Positions 28,293 to 42,840 of a stretch of DNA of 64,000 bases are shown in pieces (the first letter of the stretch is position 1; each line of letters opens with the position of its first letter). This stretch comes from Octopus sinensis (taxonomy: Eukaryota). Position numbers and translations under genes: made by a program. Below the pieces are notes generated by a model. It worked only from the letters and a program-made list of their open reading frames with translations, searched no databases and was not told the DNA's origin. The stretch is from assembly GCF_006345805.1 (NCBI RefSeq), contig NC_043002.1, positions 82,646,001 to 82,710,000 on the forward strand, in the 5' to 3' direction.

Positions 28293-28524
28293 AGGCGGCG
28301 AGCTGGCAGAAACGTTAGCACGCCGGGCGAAATGCGTAGCCGTATTTCGTCTGCCGTTACGTTGTGAGTTCAAATTCCGCCGAGGTCGATTTTGCCTTTC
28401 ATCCTTTCGGGGTCGATGAATTAAGTACCAGTTACGCACTGGGGTCGATGTAATCGACTTAATACCTATGTCTATCCTTGTTTGTCCCCTCTGTGTTTAG
28501 CCCCTTGTGGGTAATAAAGAAATA
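28293..28524 (+). mobile_element. tRNA-derived SINE family A, near-complete copy; other copies at ~3301-3500(+), 5122-5330(+), 6800-6945(-), 39715-39898(-), 40810-41166(-, two copies), 46019-46070(+)
   Basis: Recurrent AGGCGGCGAGCTGGCAGAA head, box-B-like GAGTTCAAATTCC and conserved GCCTTTCATCCTTTCGGGGTCGAT body, which resembles Deu/Nin-type domains (assignment uncertain). Confidence 0.8.
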
Positions 28525-28799
28525 GGTTATATACAATACACAAGAAATCGCACATGAGTTTGGCCGAAGCCACGTGCTAAAGTTTGTGTCAATAACTAAG
28601 GTCAAGCAGTGATAGATTAGATATTTGCTTATAATAGGGCAGTGATTTTGTAAGTTGTCACTCGTGTTAAATTCATTTCCGGAACTAAATTACTGTACTT
28701 TGGCTTCGCGTGCATGGACATTAAATTTGAGGACGACGTTGAAATGTAGCGTTTTACTTAGACTTCGGTGCTCCAGCATGAGGTAATCGAAATACTCCC

Positions 28800-29490
28800 G
28801 CTGGATCGGTCCACAGCCACTCTCAAGGCATTGTTCTTTTATAGATGTACCAGCTGAAGGTCCTTGTCGATCGTCTAGAGCCAGTTCATCTTAGGAATCC
28901 TCTTCGCCGGTGTCTCTGGAGTTTCTATTTTAGGATTTGAATGGTGAGTTTGTTCGTCGGAAATCTTACGACTAGTCCCGGACAACTCAGTCGGCGTTTA
29001 CAAATAGGATTTGCTTCTTCTGACCTCCTCTTTACTGACAGAGTCGTTCCATTTGATGCCAAACATTTTCTGGGGGCATCTGCTGTCCAGTTTCTTGAAT
29101 GACTTTCACGAGCCATGCTTTGCTGCTATATAGAAGGGTGGAAAATACGATGCATTTTGTTTTTTAGAGAAGATTCTTTGCCCTTCGGATTTTACTAAAC
29201 CGTTTGAATGCGGCTGACTTCTTTACCAACCTTCAATCAAGCCCTTTTCTCGTGTCCCCTTTGCAGTTCCCAAGACAGATGAAGCTGTCTTCTACTGCTA
29301 CTTCCTTCTGATTAATGTATGCATCTGAGATGCAGGGTATCTCAATCAGTATGTTTTGGGTCTTCTTGGTGCTGTGGTTCAGGCCTATATTTGTGGCTGA
29401 AGTACTAACTTCGCTGACCAGTATCTGGAGGTCCTATGTGGATTCTGCTAGTGCAGTGATGTCATCTGCAAAATCTAGGTCAGCCAACTT
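28800..29490 (-). mobile_element. RTE-clade LINE, reverse transcriptase C-terminal fragment (pseudogenised)
   Basis: LADLDFADDI motif at ~29459-29488, then KKLDSRCPQKMFGIKWNDSVSKEEVRR; contains in-frame stops. Confidence 0.8.
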
Positions 29491-30699
29491 TTTCTCCTGT
29501 CAACCCGCTTAATCCCTTGACCTCTCCAAGAGAAATGTCTGAACAATAACTAAAGGCTTCTCGCTTTTAGCTGTCGTGTGGCCGTTGACTCTGCAGAGTT
29601 CATTCGTACTTTGACAGATTTTGTTTTTTCGCCTTGCTGAGTGTCGAACGAAAACCACCCTCCTCACCAAGAAGGCTTGGCAAAGTTGCTGGTTTTGTCA
29701 CCGATGGCCCGACCATGTGACAGGTTGTACTGCGTTACATGTTACCAGAAGTACTAAGAGTGACCTGACACATATATGCAGACATACTTGCAAGCATACA
29801 TAGCCAGTAACGTCATAGGTCAGTAGAACCGTGACGTCATACAGCTGTAGCAAATAATGAACGATCAAGTTTTTGCTAGATTTCCCATGTTTATGCAAAA
29901 TGACAACCGGAAGTGACGTCTGCGGAAGTAAATTGAAATGTTTGAGTTATAATGTAAACATATCCTCCCATTATTTAAGCGTTTAGAAGAAAATTACATT
30001 TGGACAAATTTAATGCAAAGATGGTGGTGAAATAAGTTGTGACCTTTCACTGAAAAGTGCTAAAGTGAACGACACTGGCATACCATAGAGGTCACTTCCT
30101 GGTTTTTGTGGATCCAGTCGCAATAACTGGCCAATTAGAAACAACGTCTTTGCACATGACTTGTATGCTAGAAATAACAGCTAAATCTCCTTCAAATTAC
30201 ACCCGGTTCAGTTGTTTCTGGTTGTCAAATAATTTTCCAATCCCGTCCGAAGATCAGAAATTCGGTGCCAAAATTTGTGAAATTCCAGTTTCCATTCAAA
30301 ATAGATTACGTAACACTTCTTGTGTTCTATTGAGCACCCTGTTTGCTCCTTTTGTTCACATCATTTCTCTTTATACTTGTGTGTGTATGTGTGTGTGTGC
30401 GTGTGTGTGCGTGTCTGCGTGTGTGTGTCTGCGTGTGTGTGTATGCGTGTATACATAATACACGTGCACGCACGTATGTTTGCATGGCTGCGTACTTATG
30501 TATGTGTACGTGTGTATGAGCAGAAAAGAGAAAGAGAGAGAAAGCTTCTGGCAATATACACACACACATATACTCGTGTATGCGTGGGTGTTTATATTTA
30601 CATATATAGATATACATATACGTATGCACAGTTTGTTCTTTCACCCAATGTAAACACCACTTCACCCTACGTTCTATACGCTACCACAGTATATAGACC

Positions 30700-30757
30700 G
30701 ATATATATATATATATATTATATTATATATATATATATATATATATAATAATATATA

Positions 30758-30791
<34 letters not shown>

Positions 30792-30807
30792 GTATAATAT
30801 GTATATG

Positions 30808-30839
<32 letters not shown>

Positions 30840-31136
30840 ATATATATATACACACATATACATATATATATAAACATATACATATATATGTATACACGCA
30901 CACATATACATGTATACATATGCATATATATATATATACATATATATATACATATACTATATATATATATAACTATATATATATATATATCTTATATATA
31001 TATGTATGTATATATATATATACACATATACATATCTATATACATATACATATACATATATGTATACTATATATAGATATATTACTATATATATTATATA
31101 TATATATATACATATAAATATAATCCATATATATAC

Positions 31137-31171
<35 letters not shown>

Positions 31172-31227
31172 GCTATATATATATACATACATATACATAT
31201 ACATACATATATATACATATATATACT

Positions 31228-31269
<42 letters not shown>

Positions 31270-31340
31270 TATATATTATATATATAATATTATATATATA
31301 TATGATATATATATATGTATGTATAATGTATATATATATC
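30700..31340. repeat. Long degenerate (TA)n/(TACA)n microsatellite, one of dozens of simple repeats in the window
   Basis: Direct inspection. Confidence 0.95.
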
Positions 31341-31876
31341 CCCATATATATACACCAACTGCTGTTCTCTCATTAACTGTCTCTGATGACGTCAATGACT
31401 TATTTTGTGTGTCATTTCGTCAAAAGCTACAAACTTTCCCGGCTTTTTCTCCCACCCTCATCCCACCCTTTTTCATTCCCTCATTCTTTATTTCTTCATT
31501 TTTGCTAGGGATCACGTGAATAGGGAGCTGATGTTTTGTTGTATTGTTGTTGTCACAAAAGGGTTAGGGGTTTGGGGTTTGGGGTTTTTAGCCGAAATAT
31601 CTTGTTAGTATTCTTTAGGGTGCTTAGTGTTGCTATTGTTATTGTCGCTGTTCCCGTTACTTCATTCGTTGTCACTGCTGCTGCTGCTACCACTGCTACT
31701 GTTACTGTTGTTGTTGTTGTTGTTTTAATTCCAGTTGTTGCTGTTGTTGTGTTTCCTATTACTGCAGCTGTTAGTATTGCTCTTCTTGGTGTTTTTATTG
31801 TGACTCTCGTCTCAGTTGTTGTTTTTGCTCTTGTTCTTTTCGTTGCTGTTCTTGCTGTTGCTGTCGTTATTGCATC

Positions 31877-31913
<37 letters not shown>

Positions 31914-32061
31914 ACTGTACTTTTAGATTCCGCTGCTCTGGATTGTAAAATTATTGTTCGTTGTTAACTTTTTCAGTGTCGATGGAGTTTTTGTTGCTGT
32001 ATTTGTTGAGGTTCTCTATGCTGATAATACAGACGGCTGTTGTTGTTGGTGATGCTACAGT

Positions 32062-32330
32062 ACCGTTTGAATGCGGCTGACTTCTTTCCCACCCTTCAAT
32101 CAAGCCCTTTTCTCGTGTCCCCTTTGCAGTTCCCAAGACAGATGAAGCTGTCTTCTACTGCTACTTCCTTCTGATTAATGTATGCATCAGAGATGCAGGC
32201 TATCTCAATCAGTATGTTTTGGGTCATCTTGGTGCTGTGGTTCAGGCCTATATTTGTGGCTGAAGAACTAACTTCGCTGACCAGTATCTGGAGGTCCTAT
32301 GTGGATTCTGCTAGTGCAGTGATGTCATCT
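32062..32330 (-). mobile_element. Second copy of the RTE RT fragment
   Basis: 269 bp with 6 mismatches against 29199-29467 (manual count). Confidence 0.85.
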
Positions 32331-32458
32331 CTATTAACATGGCCGAAACAATACAGACTCTGCAATAAACACCTTGTCTTACTTGCGTCCATTGTACGTC
32401 ATTAGTTCGATTTTCACTTGAACTAACATTGTCTTTCGTCTTTGCACCACCGTTAAAA

Positions 32459-32835
32459 TATTGGGTTGTCCGGAAAGTTCGTGCTTATTTTTAAAGGAAA
32501 GAAAAAGGTCAATAAATACTTACCATTACATTTTTAATCAATCATTTTGTTGCACAATGCGTCTCCATTTTCCCTTTAACTTGAAAATGCCCTCTTCCAA
32601 GAAGTGGGGTGGTTTCGTGGCAAGGAATTCATCAAGGTATCTTTTTACGTCATCGAAAGAATTGAAATTTTTGCCATTAAGACTATTCTGCAGAGACCTG
32701 AATAAATAGAAATCCGAAGGAGCAATATCTGGTGAAAATGGAGGGTGGGGTAACACATCCCAGCCGAGCTGCAGCAATTTTTGTCTGGTTTCCAAGGCAT
32801 CAAGTGCCGAAAATGAACTTTCTTATCTTCCATTT
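32459..32835 (-). mobile_element. Mariner 3' fragment (third family)
   Basis: LGWDVLPHPPFSPDIAPSDFYLFRSLQNSL; TIR TATTGGGTTGTCCGGAAAGTT. Confidence 0.88.
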
Positions 32836-32916
32836 TGAAGGGTTACAGAATTAACACAGGTTATAGGAACATAAACCTTCTTCCACGAAAAGGTAGCTTA
32901 AACTGTGCTCTAAATG

Positions 32917-33016
32917 NNNNNNNNNNNNNNNNNNNNNNNNNNNNNNNNNNNNNNNNNNNNNNNNNNNNNNNNNNNNNNNNNNNNNNNNNNNNNNNNNNNN
33001 NNNNNNNNNNNNNNNN
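32917..33016. other. Assembly gap (100 N, probably a placeholder of unknown true size)
   Basis: Run of exactly 100 N. Confidence 0.99.
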
Positions 33017-35405
33017 CAAGAATGAACGGCGCAAAATTTCCACAGCGTAGTTATCAATAATGCACATGTTGCATAATATTACGTAACTTAACATAGTGCA
33101 TCATACTCACCATTTCATCAGGGGGCATTGAGTTATTACCAGAAAAATGAAGGTACGTTGCCAAGATATGAATAACTCACCTTAACATTTAAGCGTTGAA
33201 ACTTTTCAATGCTATAATGATTTTCATCGCTCATCAAGTTAATCCTAGTATAGTTGCCTTTCAGTAACCCACAATTTGTACATAGCATTCATCCCGGAAT
33301 TCCATCACGTAATCTCCGAAATTCATTCAATAAGACCAAGTTTACCAGCGGCCAATAAGAATCAGCTTCAGCTTGATCGTGTCTAATGTTTGCTCTGCGG
33401 GCATCTAAAAATCAGGCAGAAGCTCACCGGTCTGAGTAATGTCCGTGGCAGTTCTTTACTAACTTACATATTATATATATATGTGTGTATGGATGTGTGG
33501 GTGTGTGAGTGTAGTAGTGTGCGTGTATGCATAAATATTATATTGGATGAATATTGCAATCGCAGTGTAGCGATTTGTTTTCGGGCAAGGATTTAGCAGG
33601 ACACTCGTCAATATGAAAAAAAAAATCAAGTTTAGAGCTGCAGTAATACAATGTAGGAGCACAACTAAAATTAAAAAACATTTGGAAATAAAACCAAGTT
33701 ATATTCAGAAATAGTTTAAATTATATGCATTCGAGGTCATCTACGGGTGCGAATTTGTTTCAGGTAGTTGGAAGTGCATAAAAATATATGGGGAAATGAT
33801 ATCTCATCAGAGACTGGCTGTTCATTGCAAATGTGTGACCGACGATGCTACTGTTCACAAATATAGGACACCTAGTACATGGAACAAAAAAAAATTTAAA
33901 TATACATGGATAATCTAACCAGGAGTTGAGTCTCTCAAGAGAACGAAAGAACCTCTAAATTGTCGCTAGACCTCCTAGTAATAGCAGTGGAATCTTCATC
34001 AATTGACATCCTTCCGTTTTCAAAGACAAGGCAGCATTAAATATAATCCTAGATATACAGTTTGAAAAAAAATCTGTTGGACCGCGGGGGGAACAATTTT
34101 TATTTTAGGTTCTGTCAAATCAGGGTTAACTAAGGACTAAATAACAACGATAGGTGTACCTTCTGATACTATTTTCTATACATTAGATAATGTTGTCCCA
34201 AATACACTATGGCTGAATAAATGATGATAAGGTCACAGCTGGAATATATTTGATGAGATATTTTCTAGAATGGAGATACAATGAATCGAATCAACAACCG
34301 CACTATTAGTTTTGATTCTGTAATTGGACCGTTTCATTTATACTGACTTTGAGAGAGGCATTAACATCACAACTCTGTTTCGTTCCCCTTCATAAAATCT
34401 CAGCTTTGATACTCGTGGAATATTTTTTGGAAAACAAAAGCATTCAGACATAAATATTATCTTTTATCGTTTACTTGTTTCAGTCATTGAACTGTGGCCA
34501 TGCTGGAGCACCACCTTGAAGTGCCTAGTCGAACACATTGATCCCAGTAATTATTTTTGTGTGGCTTGTCATTAATGACTAATGATTGTGTGGTAGTGAT
34601 TGAACGCTTTAGTGGTGAAGACTAGGCACTGTGAGATCTGACATTTGTTGTGACTGGTGGTGGTGGTGGTGGTGGTGGTGGTAGTGGTGCTTCTGTTGGT
34701 AATGTTAGATGTATATTATTGATTACTAACGAAAGTGTAACAAAACTGTTACCCTGGTATATATATAATATATACAGGGTGTTCAAAAGGTCTCCCCGAA
34801 TTGAATTTTGTCATCTAAGATGTATTTCAAAACATGTGTAGAAGAGTCAACTTATATATTGAAAATGAAGGGCAATACTTTCAACACCTCTCATAAAGTT
34901 TTTAGTCTTGTAAAGCCTAATATATTCTTTGGTACTCTTATACCATCTTATAAATATTTATTTTGCATGCAATAAAATACTTCTTCTTCTTCTTCTTCTC
35001 TTCTTCTTCTTCTTCTTCTTCTTCTTCTTCTTCTTCTCCTCCTCCTCCTCCTCCTCCTCCTCCCTCCTCCCCTCCTCCTCCTTCTTCTTTCTCTACTACT
35101 ACTACTGCTACTTATACAATCAAAGACAAGAATTCATATCAAACTAGCTGCTGCTAAGTACCTAGAACACACAAAAGTTTAAAAAAGAGACACAGAGACA
35201 GACTGAAAAAAGAAAGATGTCCCTTGCATTTGAAAACTATAGAAATATTTTTAAAAAAACATTTCATTTGATTTTTCCACAATTTAATTGTTTCTCATGC
35301 TTTACTCTAAGTTGAAAAAGTTGCAAAGACTGAAACCGGTACTAAAATGTTCTTCATGATAAAATTATTTAGTCTTTTTACCTTGTCTTATTTATATATA
35401 TGTAT

Positions 35406-35437
<32 letters not shown>

Positions 35438-35443
35438 TATTAT

Positions 35444-35475
<32 letters not shown>

Positions 35476-35899
35476 GATATATATATATATATATATATAT
35501 ACTATAACACAACATATCCCTGCCCGTAACGCTTTACTTCCACACACGCCAGCTTGATTTAATTCGTCCTTAATCGAATGACACCTGTCGTTATATCCTG
35601 TTATTTGTGTTTGTGTAACATTTCTCTGTTTTTCTTTCCGTCCTTGTATACATTCGCTACTTTCTTCCAAGGAATCTAATACTCTTAGCATATTTTTTTC
35701 TTTGGGGCTGGCCAGATTGGAGCAATCTCGAGTATAGCCAGTCGAAATTGCAAAGATAATCTGGAACTTGACGGAGGATTGAAAACTCCGAATGACCCGT
35801 CCTTGTTTTCCTTGTATCGTCTGTCTGGATATTTTCTTGTCCCTTTTTTGTGTCACCTAACTGTCTGGATGTTTTGCGTTCTTGTCCCATTTTTATAGA

Positions 35900-37354
<1,455 letters not shown>

Positions 37355-37515
37355 TATATATATAGTGATGGGTGATGAGTGTTTGTGTGAGAGAGAGAGA
37401 GAGAGAGAAAGAGAAAGAGAGAAAGAGAGAGAGGTCATTGTTGATGTGAAACCTTGAAACAGGGAGAATCCCGCAGCATAAATTTCTACATCTATGTATT
37501 TGCATTTTGTTTCAG

Positions 37516-37640
37516 AGACGCCATGGCAACAAGTGTTATCAACTGCTTCACAAGCTTCCTGGCTGGTTTTGTCGTATTCTCCGTGCTTGGTTACATGGCG
37601 TACGTTGCGGAAATAGAAATCGATGATATAGCTGTAGCCG
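37516..37640 (+). CDS. SLC6A4: SERT-like TM7/EL4 exon (R-DAMATSVINCFTSFLAGFVVFSVLGYMAYVAEIEIDDIAVA-G)
   Basis: TTTCAG acceptor and GTTGGT donor, 125 bp, phase 2/1. TSFLAGFVVFSVLGYMAYV is nearly identical to Drosophila SERT as recalled. Confidence 0.93.
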
Positions 37641-37719
37641 GTTGGTCCAATACTTTTGTTGTTTCTTTTATTTACATACAGTCTTTGAGTGATGAACAGA
37701 CAGACAGATAGATAGATCG

Positions 37720-38100
37720 TGGCACACCGTTGGTTTCGACGACGACGGTTTCAGTTGATCCTATCAACAAAACAGCCTGTTCGTCAAATTAACATGCAAG
37801 TGGCTGAGCACTCCACAGAGACGTGTACCCTTAACGTAGTTCTCAGGGAGATTCAGCGTGACACAGAGCGTGACAAGGCTGGCCCTTTGTAATACAGGTA
37901 CAACAGAAACAGGAAGAAAGAGTGAAAGAAAGTTGTGGTGAAAGAATATAGCAGGGTTCGCTACCACCCCCTGTCATAGCCTCGTGAAGCTTTAGGTGCT
38001 TTCGCTCAGTAAACACTCACAACGCCCGGTGTGGGAATCGAAACCGCGACCCTATGACCACGAGTCCGCTGCCCTAACCACTGGACCATTGCGCCTCCAC
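37720..38100 (-). mobile_element. tRNA-derived SINE family C; other copies at ~16885-17210(+), 38848-39032(+), ~54660-54790(-)
   Basis: Box A TGG(T/C)CCAGTGG, box B GGTTTCGATTCCC and a shared body. Confidence 0.85.
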
Positions 38101-38165
<65 letters not shown>

Positions 38166-38438
38166 TAGAGATGACCCGGAAGTTGTTCCTCTTCGATTAC
38201 AGCAGTAGCATTCTTCAACCGAATACACGTCATTGATTGGCTGAAATTACCCAAATACGACAATTTTAACACGAAATAATTTTGTCAAAAACGTTTAGAG
38301 TAAACCTGGTTCTACGTGAGAAATTCTACCAGTATTCCAAGTTTCAAACTGTTTAGTTAAAAAAAAATTAATGAAAAAATCTCCGACTGAGATGGAATGG
38401 ATCCAGATTAATATATATATATGTGTGTGTGTGTGTGC

Positions 38439-38521
<83 letters not shown>

Positions 38522-38579
38522 GTTAAATGTGTATCTATGCGGACTGACAGAAGCAGTTTTTAATGCGTTTCTTTTTTAG

Positions 38580-38692
38580 GTCCAGGTCTGGTGTTTGTGG
38601 TTTACCCGGAAGCAGTTTCTATGATGAGCGGTTCAACTTTCTGGGCAATCATTTTCTTTTTGATGCTCATAACACTTGGTTTAGACAGTACG
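38580..38692 (+). CDS. SLC6A4: SERT-like EL4/TM8 exon ([38 protein letters not shown])
   Basis: CTTTTTTAG acceptor and GTAAGT donor, 113 bp, phase 1/0. Contains the SERT-type [11 protein letters not shown]. Confidence 0.95.
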
Positions 38693-41441
38693 GTAAGTTG
38701 AACAATTACATTTAATTTCATCATCATCATCAACATCGTCGTCGTCGTCGTTGCCATCATCATCATCATCATCATCAGTACAACCTCCACCACCATCTTC
38801 ACCAATGTCTTTAACCTTACCAACACCATTAAAGTGACAACAACAGCGTGGAAGCGCAATGGCCCAGTAGTTAGTGCAGTTGACTCGCGATCATAAGAAC
38901 GTGGTTTCGATTCCCAGACCGGGCATTGTGAGTGTTTATTAAACAAAAACACCTAAGCTCCACGAGGCTCTGGCGGGAGTGGTGGTGAACCCCGCTGTAC
39001 TCCTTCACAACTTTCTCTCACTCTTTCTTCCTACTTCTACGACAAAGCAGAGAAACTATGGTGTAACCCACTATGGTGTGGTAAACTTTCAAACCCTAGT
39101 CTAGATTGCGAATCCTCTGTACCCCAGGATGGTTCAGCTCTCCACCCGTTAAAAAAGCCACTGTTTACGGAATGAGGATAACAACGTAGCTTTCGCGCCC
39201 GTGCAACCGCCAGTCTATCGCGTGTGGTGGGTGGATCTTCAAGTTGCCACATGCATTCTTAGTAGCTTAGAGTGGGCTCGAATTAGAGATTATTCTTTGT
39301 GGCTAATGGCGTGAGTCCTGATTGGAAGAAGAAGAAGAAGAAGAAGAAGTTAGTTAGTTATGGAACGGACATGACGCATTAAGGCGGAGGTCAGTCAGTC
39401 GGCGGCATGGCGAACGCGAAAGCAATCGTTGCTGATAAATGTTAGGGAAGAGTTGTGGCATGTGGTGTGACGAGCCATACATGGATTTTAAAGATGGAGT
39501 CGTAGCTGTAGAGGAGATGGAGAGGGATAAGTGGGGGAAGTGGTGGGGTTTGAAAAGACAGGCAGAAATATGGTGGAGCTGAAGTGAAAACAGAGATGAC
39601 TAGGTTGAAAGTTAACAGATGTAATTGAGAAAATGGATGAGAATTCTAGTGGAAGGTGGAGGGAGTTAAGAAAAGTGACGAAGGACTTGAACTCTCTTTT
39701 TTTTTCTACTCTAGGCACAAGGCCCGAAATGGGGAGGATGGGCCAGTCGATTAGATCGACTCCAGTATGCAACTGGTACTTAATCTATCGAGCCCAAAAG
39801 GATGAAAGGCAAAGTCGACCTCGGCGGAATTTGAATTTAGGACGTAAAGGTAGACGAAATACCGCTAAGCATTTCGCCCGGCGCGCTAACGTTTCTGTCA
39901 AGTCACTGCCATAGGACTTGAACAGTTTACGAGCAAAAGAAGTGGTTACAATACAATCGCTAATCTACTGAATGTACAGGGGTCGTGAGGAGATCCGGTA
40001 AAATGGGTGAGAGCCTCAACATGACGAAGGAATAAGTTGATGCTTTTGGGACCGATTCTAGTTCCTATGACCACTCAAGTCACTGATTGAGAAAACATTT
40101 CGAAAAAGGAGAAGCGAAATAGAAGGAAATAAATATGCTGGGTTCGAGAGTAACGTAACAGTTGAGGAACCATTAGAGAGTTAGGACATCACTGTAGGGA
40201 ACGACATTGTAAAGGATTCACTGTCTAGGATGAAAAGGAGATAGGAGGAGACGGGAGGGAAAGAGAATTAGCTGAAGGGCTGGGTTGTGGGTTTGAGTTA
40301 GAAGTATTGTTCCAGATACTTGGAGATCAGAGAAGTTGGAGCAGCTGCAAGAGGAAACGATGTGGCTGTGGGGCATTGTTGGATTTGTGGATTTATAGAA
40401 GAAAGCAGATGATGCTGATGAGAAGGAGTTTGTGAAGAAGATGCCAAAGCAGTGATCTTGCAGGGATCAGCTCGCCATACCACCATCTTTGACGGTTTTA
40501 TTCTGTTTATCCTCGTTCGCAAAAGATCATACTCTCATTTCATTTTTTACTGGTTATCAACAAACTGAATATTTTCAAACAGCTTTCTTCATATTTGTTC
40601 GGTGTTGTTGCTCAACCACTCCCTTCATGCATTTTCTATATCCCTTTTACTGGTGTTCATCTATGACAATATTCACTACAGTTCGGTGTCGTGACTAGTA
40701 CTACATAACCAAAACCAATTCGTATTCCATTCTTCAACAGCTGAGACAACAGTTTCATAGTTCGCAGTCTTTCTTTTCACTCCTAACAATCCTTTCTGTA
40801 ATTGACACAAGGCCTGAATTTGGGGGAGGGGGACAGTCGATTACATCGACCCCAGTACTCAACATGTACACAATTTATCGACCCCGAAAGGATAAAAGGT
40901 GAAGTCGACCTCGACGCAATTTGAACTCAGAACATAACAGCAGACGAAATACTTATTTCTTTACTACCCACAAGGGGCTAAACACAGAGGGGACAAACAA
41001 GGACAGAAACACGTATTAAGTCGATTACATCGACTCCAGTGCGCAACTGGTACTTATTTAATCGACCCCGAAAGGATGAAAGGCAAAGTCGATCTCGGCA
41101 GAATTTGGATTCAGAACGTAGCGGCAGACGAAATACGGCTAAGCTTTTCGTCCAGCGTGCTAACGATTCTAATCTCGTTCGTTCAATATTTTGTAGAGAG
41201 AATGTAAAATATGAACCCATTTCTTTGCTGGCCGCTCCTTGATTAGCTACTCATTCCTCTATCACCACTCGCCCTCTTATCACACTGCTGTCTATTGACC
41301 GTGCCATTTATAAGTGTATACGTGTACATATAAATACATACATATAATGTTATATATATGTTGGTATTTATACACATATATATTATGTACAAATACAAGT
41401 ATGTATATATGTTATATGCATTTATATACGCATGTATATCC

Positions 41442-41493
<52 letters not shown>

Positions 41494-41522
41494 ATATATA
41501 TATATATATAGATATATATATA

Positions 41523-41773
41523 TTGGGTTGGTGATAATTATTGCGGATTTTTTCAACAAGTTTTATCCAATAACAACAATAATAGTATTTAACAAAGACA
41601 TCTTTAAATGACGGTCTGACTGTCTGCCAAGTAAATGAGAAAGAGTAATTGAAGTAGATGGTGAATATGCTCCGGAATAATCATTTAAAGATGTTTTTGT
41701 TACATGTTGTTATTGTTTTTGTTGAATAAAATTTGTTGGGAAAAAAAGCCGCAATAATTATGCACCAACCTAA
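41523..41773 (+). mobile_element. Internally deleted mariner / MITE with Hsmar1/MADE-like TIRs
   Basis: TIRs TT(G/A)GGTTGGTG..TAATTATTGCGG with TA flanks. Retains the transposase C-terminus (VIEVDGEY). Confidence 0.8.
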
Positions 41774-41940
41774 TATATGTATGTATGTATGCAGGTATGT
41801 ATGTAGTTATTTATATATGGAGAGATGTATGTAAACACACACGCAGATATATAATTTTGTACAGTATACATATGTATGTATATAAATAGATAGATAGGCA
41901 GATGTATATACATACATACTATATATATATATATATATAG

Positions 41941-41974
<34 letters not shown>

Positions 41975-42796
41975 CTATATATACGTGCGCGCTCACGTAG
42001 AATACATATAGAATGGTGGTCGGGGCGGTCAGGGGGTGCTTGTGTACGTCTGGCGTATGTACAAAGCTACAAATAATATTTGATGAAATAAAAGGAATGC
42101 GTTAGTAAGGAAGTGGTAATTGTTTATTCTTGTATCTAACAGAATAGTTGGAAATCAATCAAGTGGAGCCAGAAATTAGCTGCTGCTGCTGCTGCTGTTG
42201 TTGTCGTTGTCTTCTCCGGCGCTACGACTCCTAAAAGTCGGTCGCCCGGTTTCCCTGACGTATAAATGACCGAAATTCAAAGATTCTCCTCTGAACGGGA
42301 CGTCGGGTTCAAAGCCAGTCATGTTTTGAGGGGATGGGGACAAGTTAATTACATTCACCGCCACTTAGTATCTGGCTGTTTCTTTATTTTATCAACGCCG
42401 AACGTATGACCTCGACGGGATCTGCACTCAGAGAGCAGAGACTCAGAACGATTACCACGAGACATTCAATCCAATGCTCTAACGTTTCTGCCTATTGTCT
42501 GCCACACACACACACACACACACACACCACACACATGCACACACACACACACACGCACGCACACACACACGCACGCACACACACGTTCACACACAGACAC
42601 TCGCGCATGGACATGCACGTTTGTGTGTCTATTCACTGTCGCTGCATCACATGTGTATATATGTGGAGATATGTGTATACGTAAGCGGACACAGTTTTTT
42701 CTACGTTTAATTCTAACGATTCCATTTGTTTTAATCTTTTGTTGATATTTTGTATAGTTTTTCTGGTTTTACTTTTTTTTATATTTGTGGTGAATG

Positions 42797-42840
<44 letters not shown>

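Noticed and set aside
30674-31263. Many ORFs of YI/CV/HT/LS dipeptide repeats here and across the window
   Set aside because: Translations of stop-free microsatellites.
33017-33470. Minus-strand GTGAGT/GTAAGT motifs suggesting an antisense gene or Helitron helicase remnant
   Set aside because: No matching acceptors and no convincing translation.
38848-38920. tRNA-like sequences with A and B boxes
   Set aside because: These are SINE heads continuing into repeat bodies; no full cloverleaf could be drawn.
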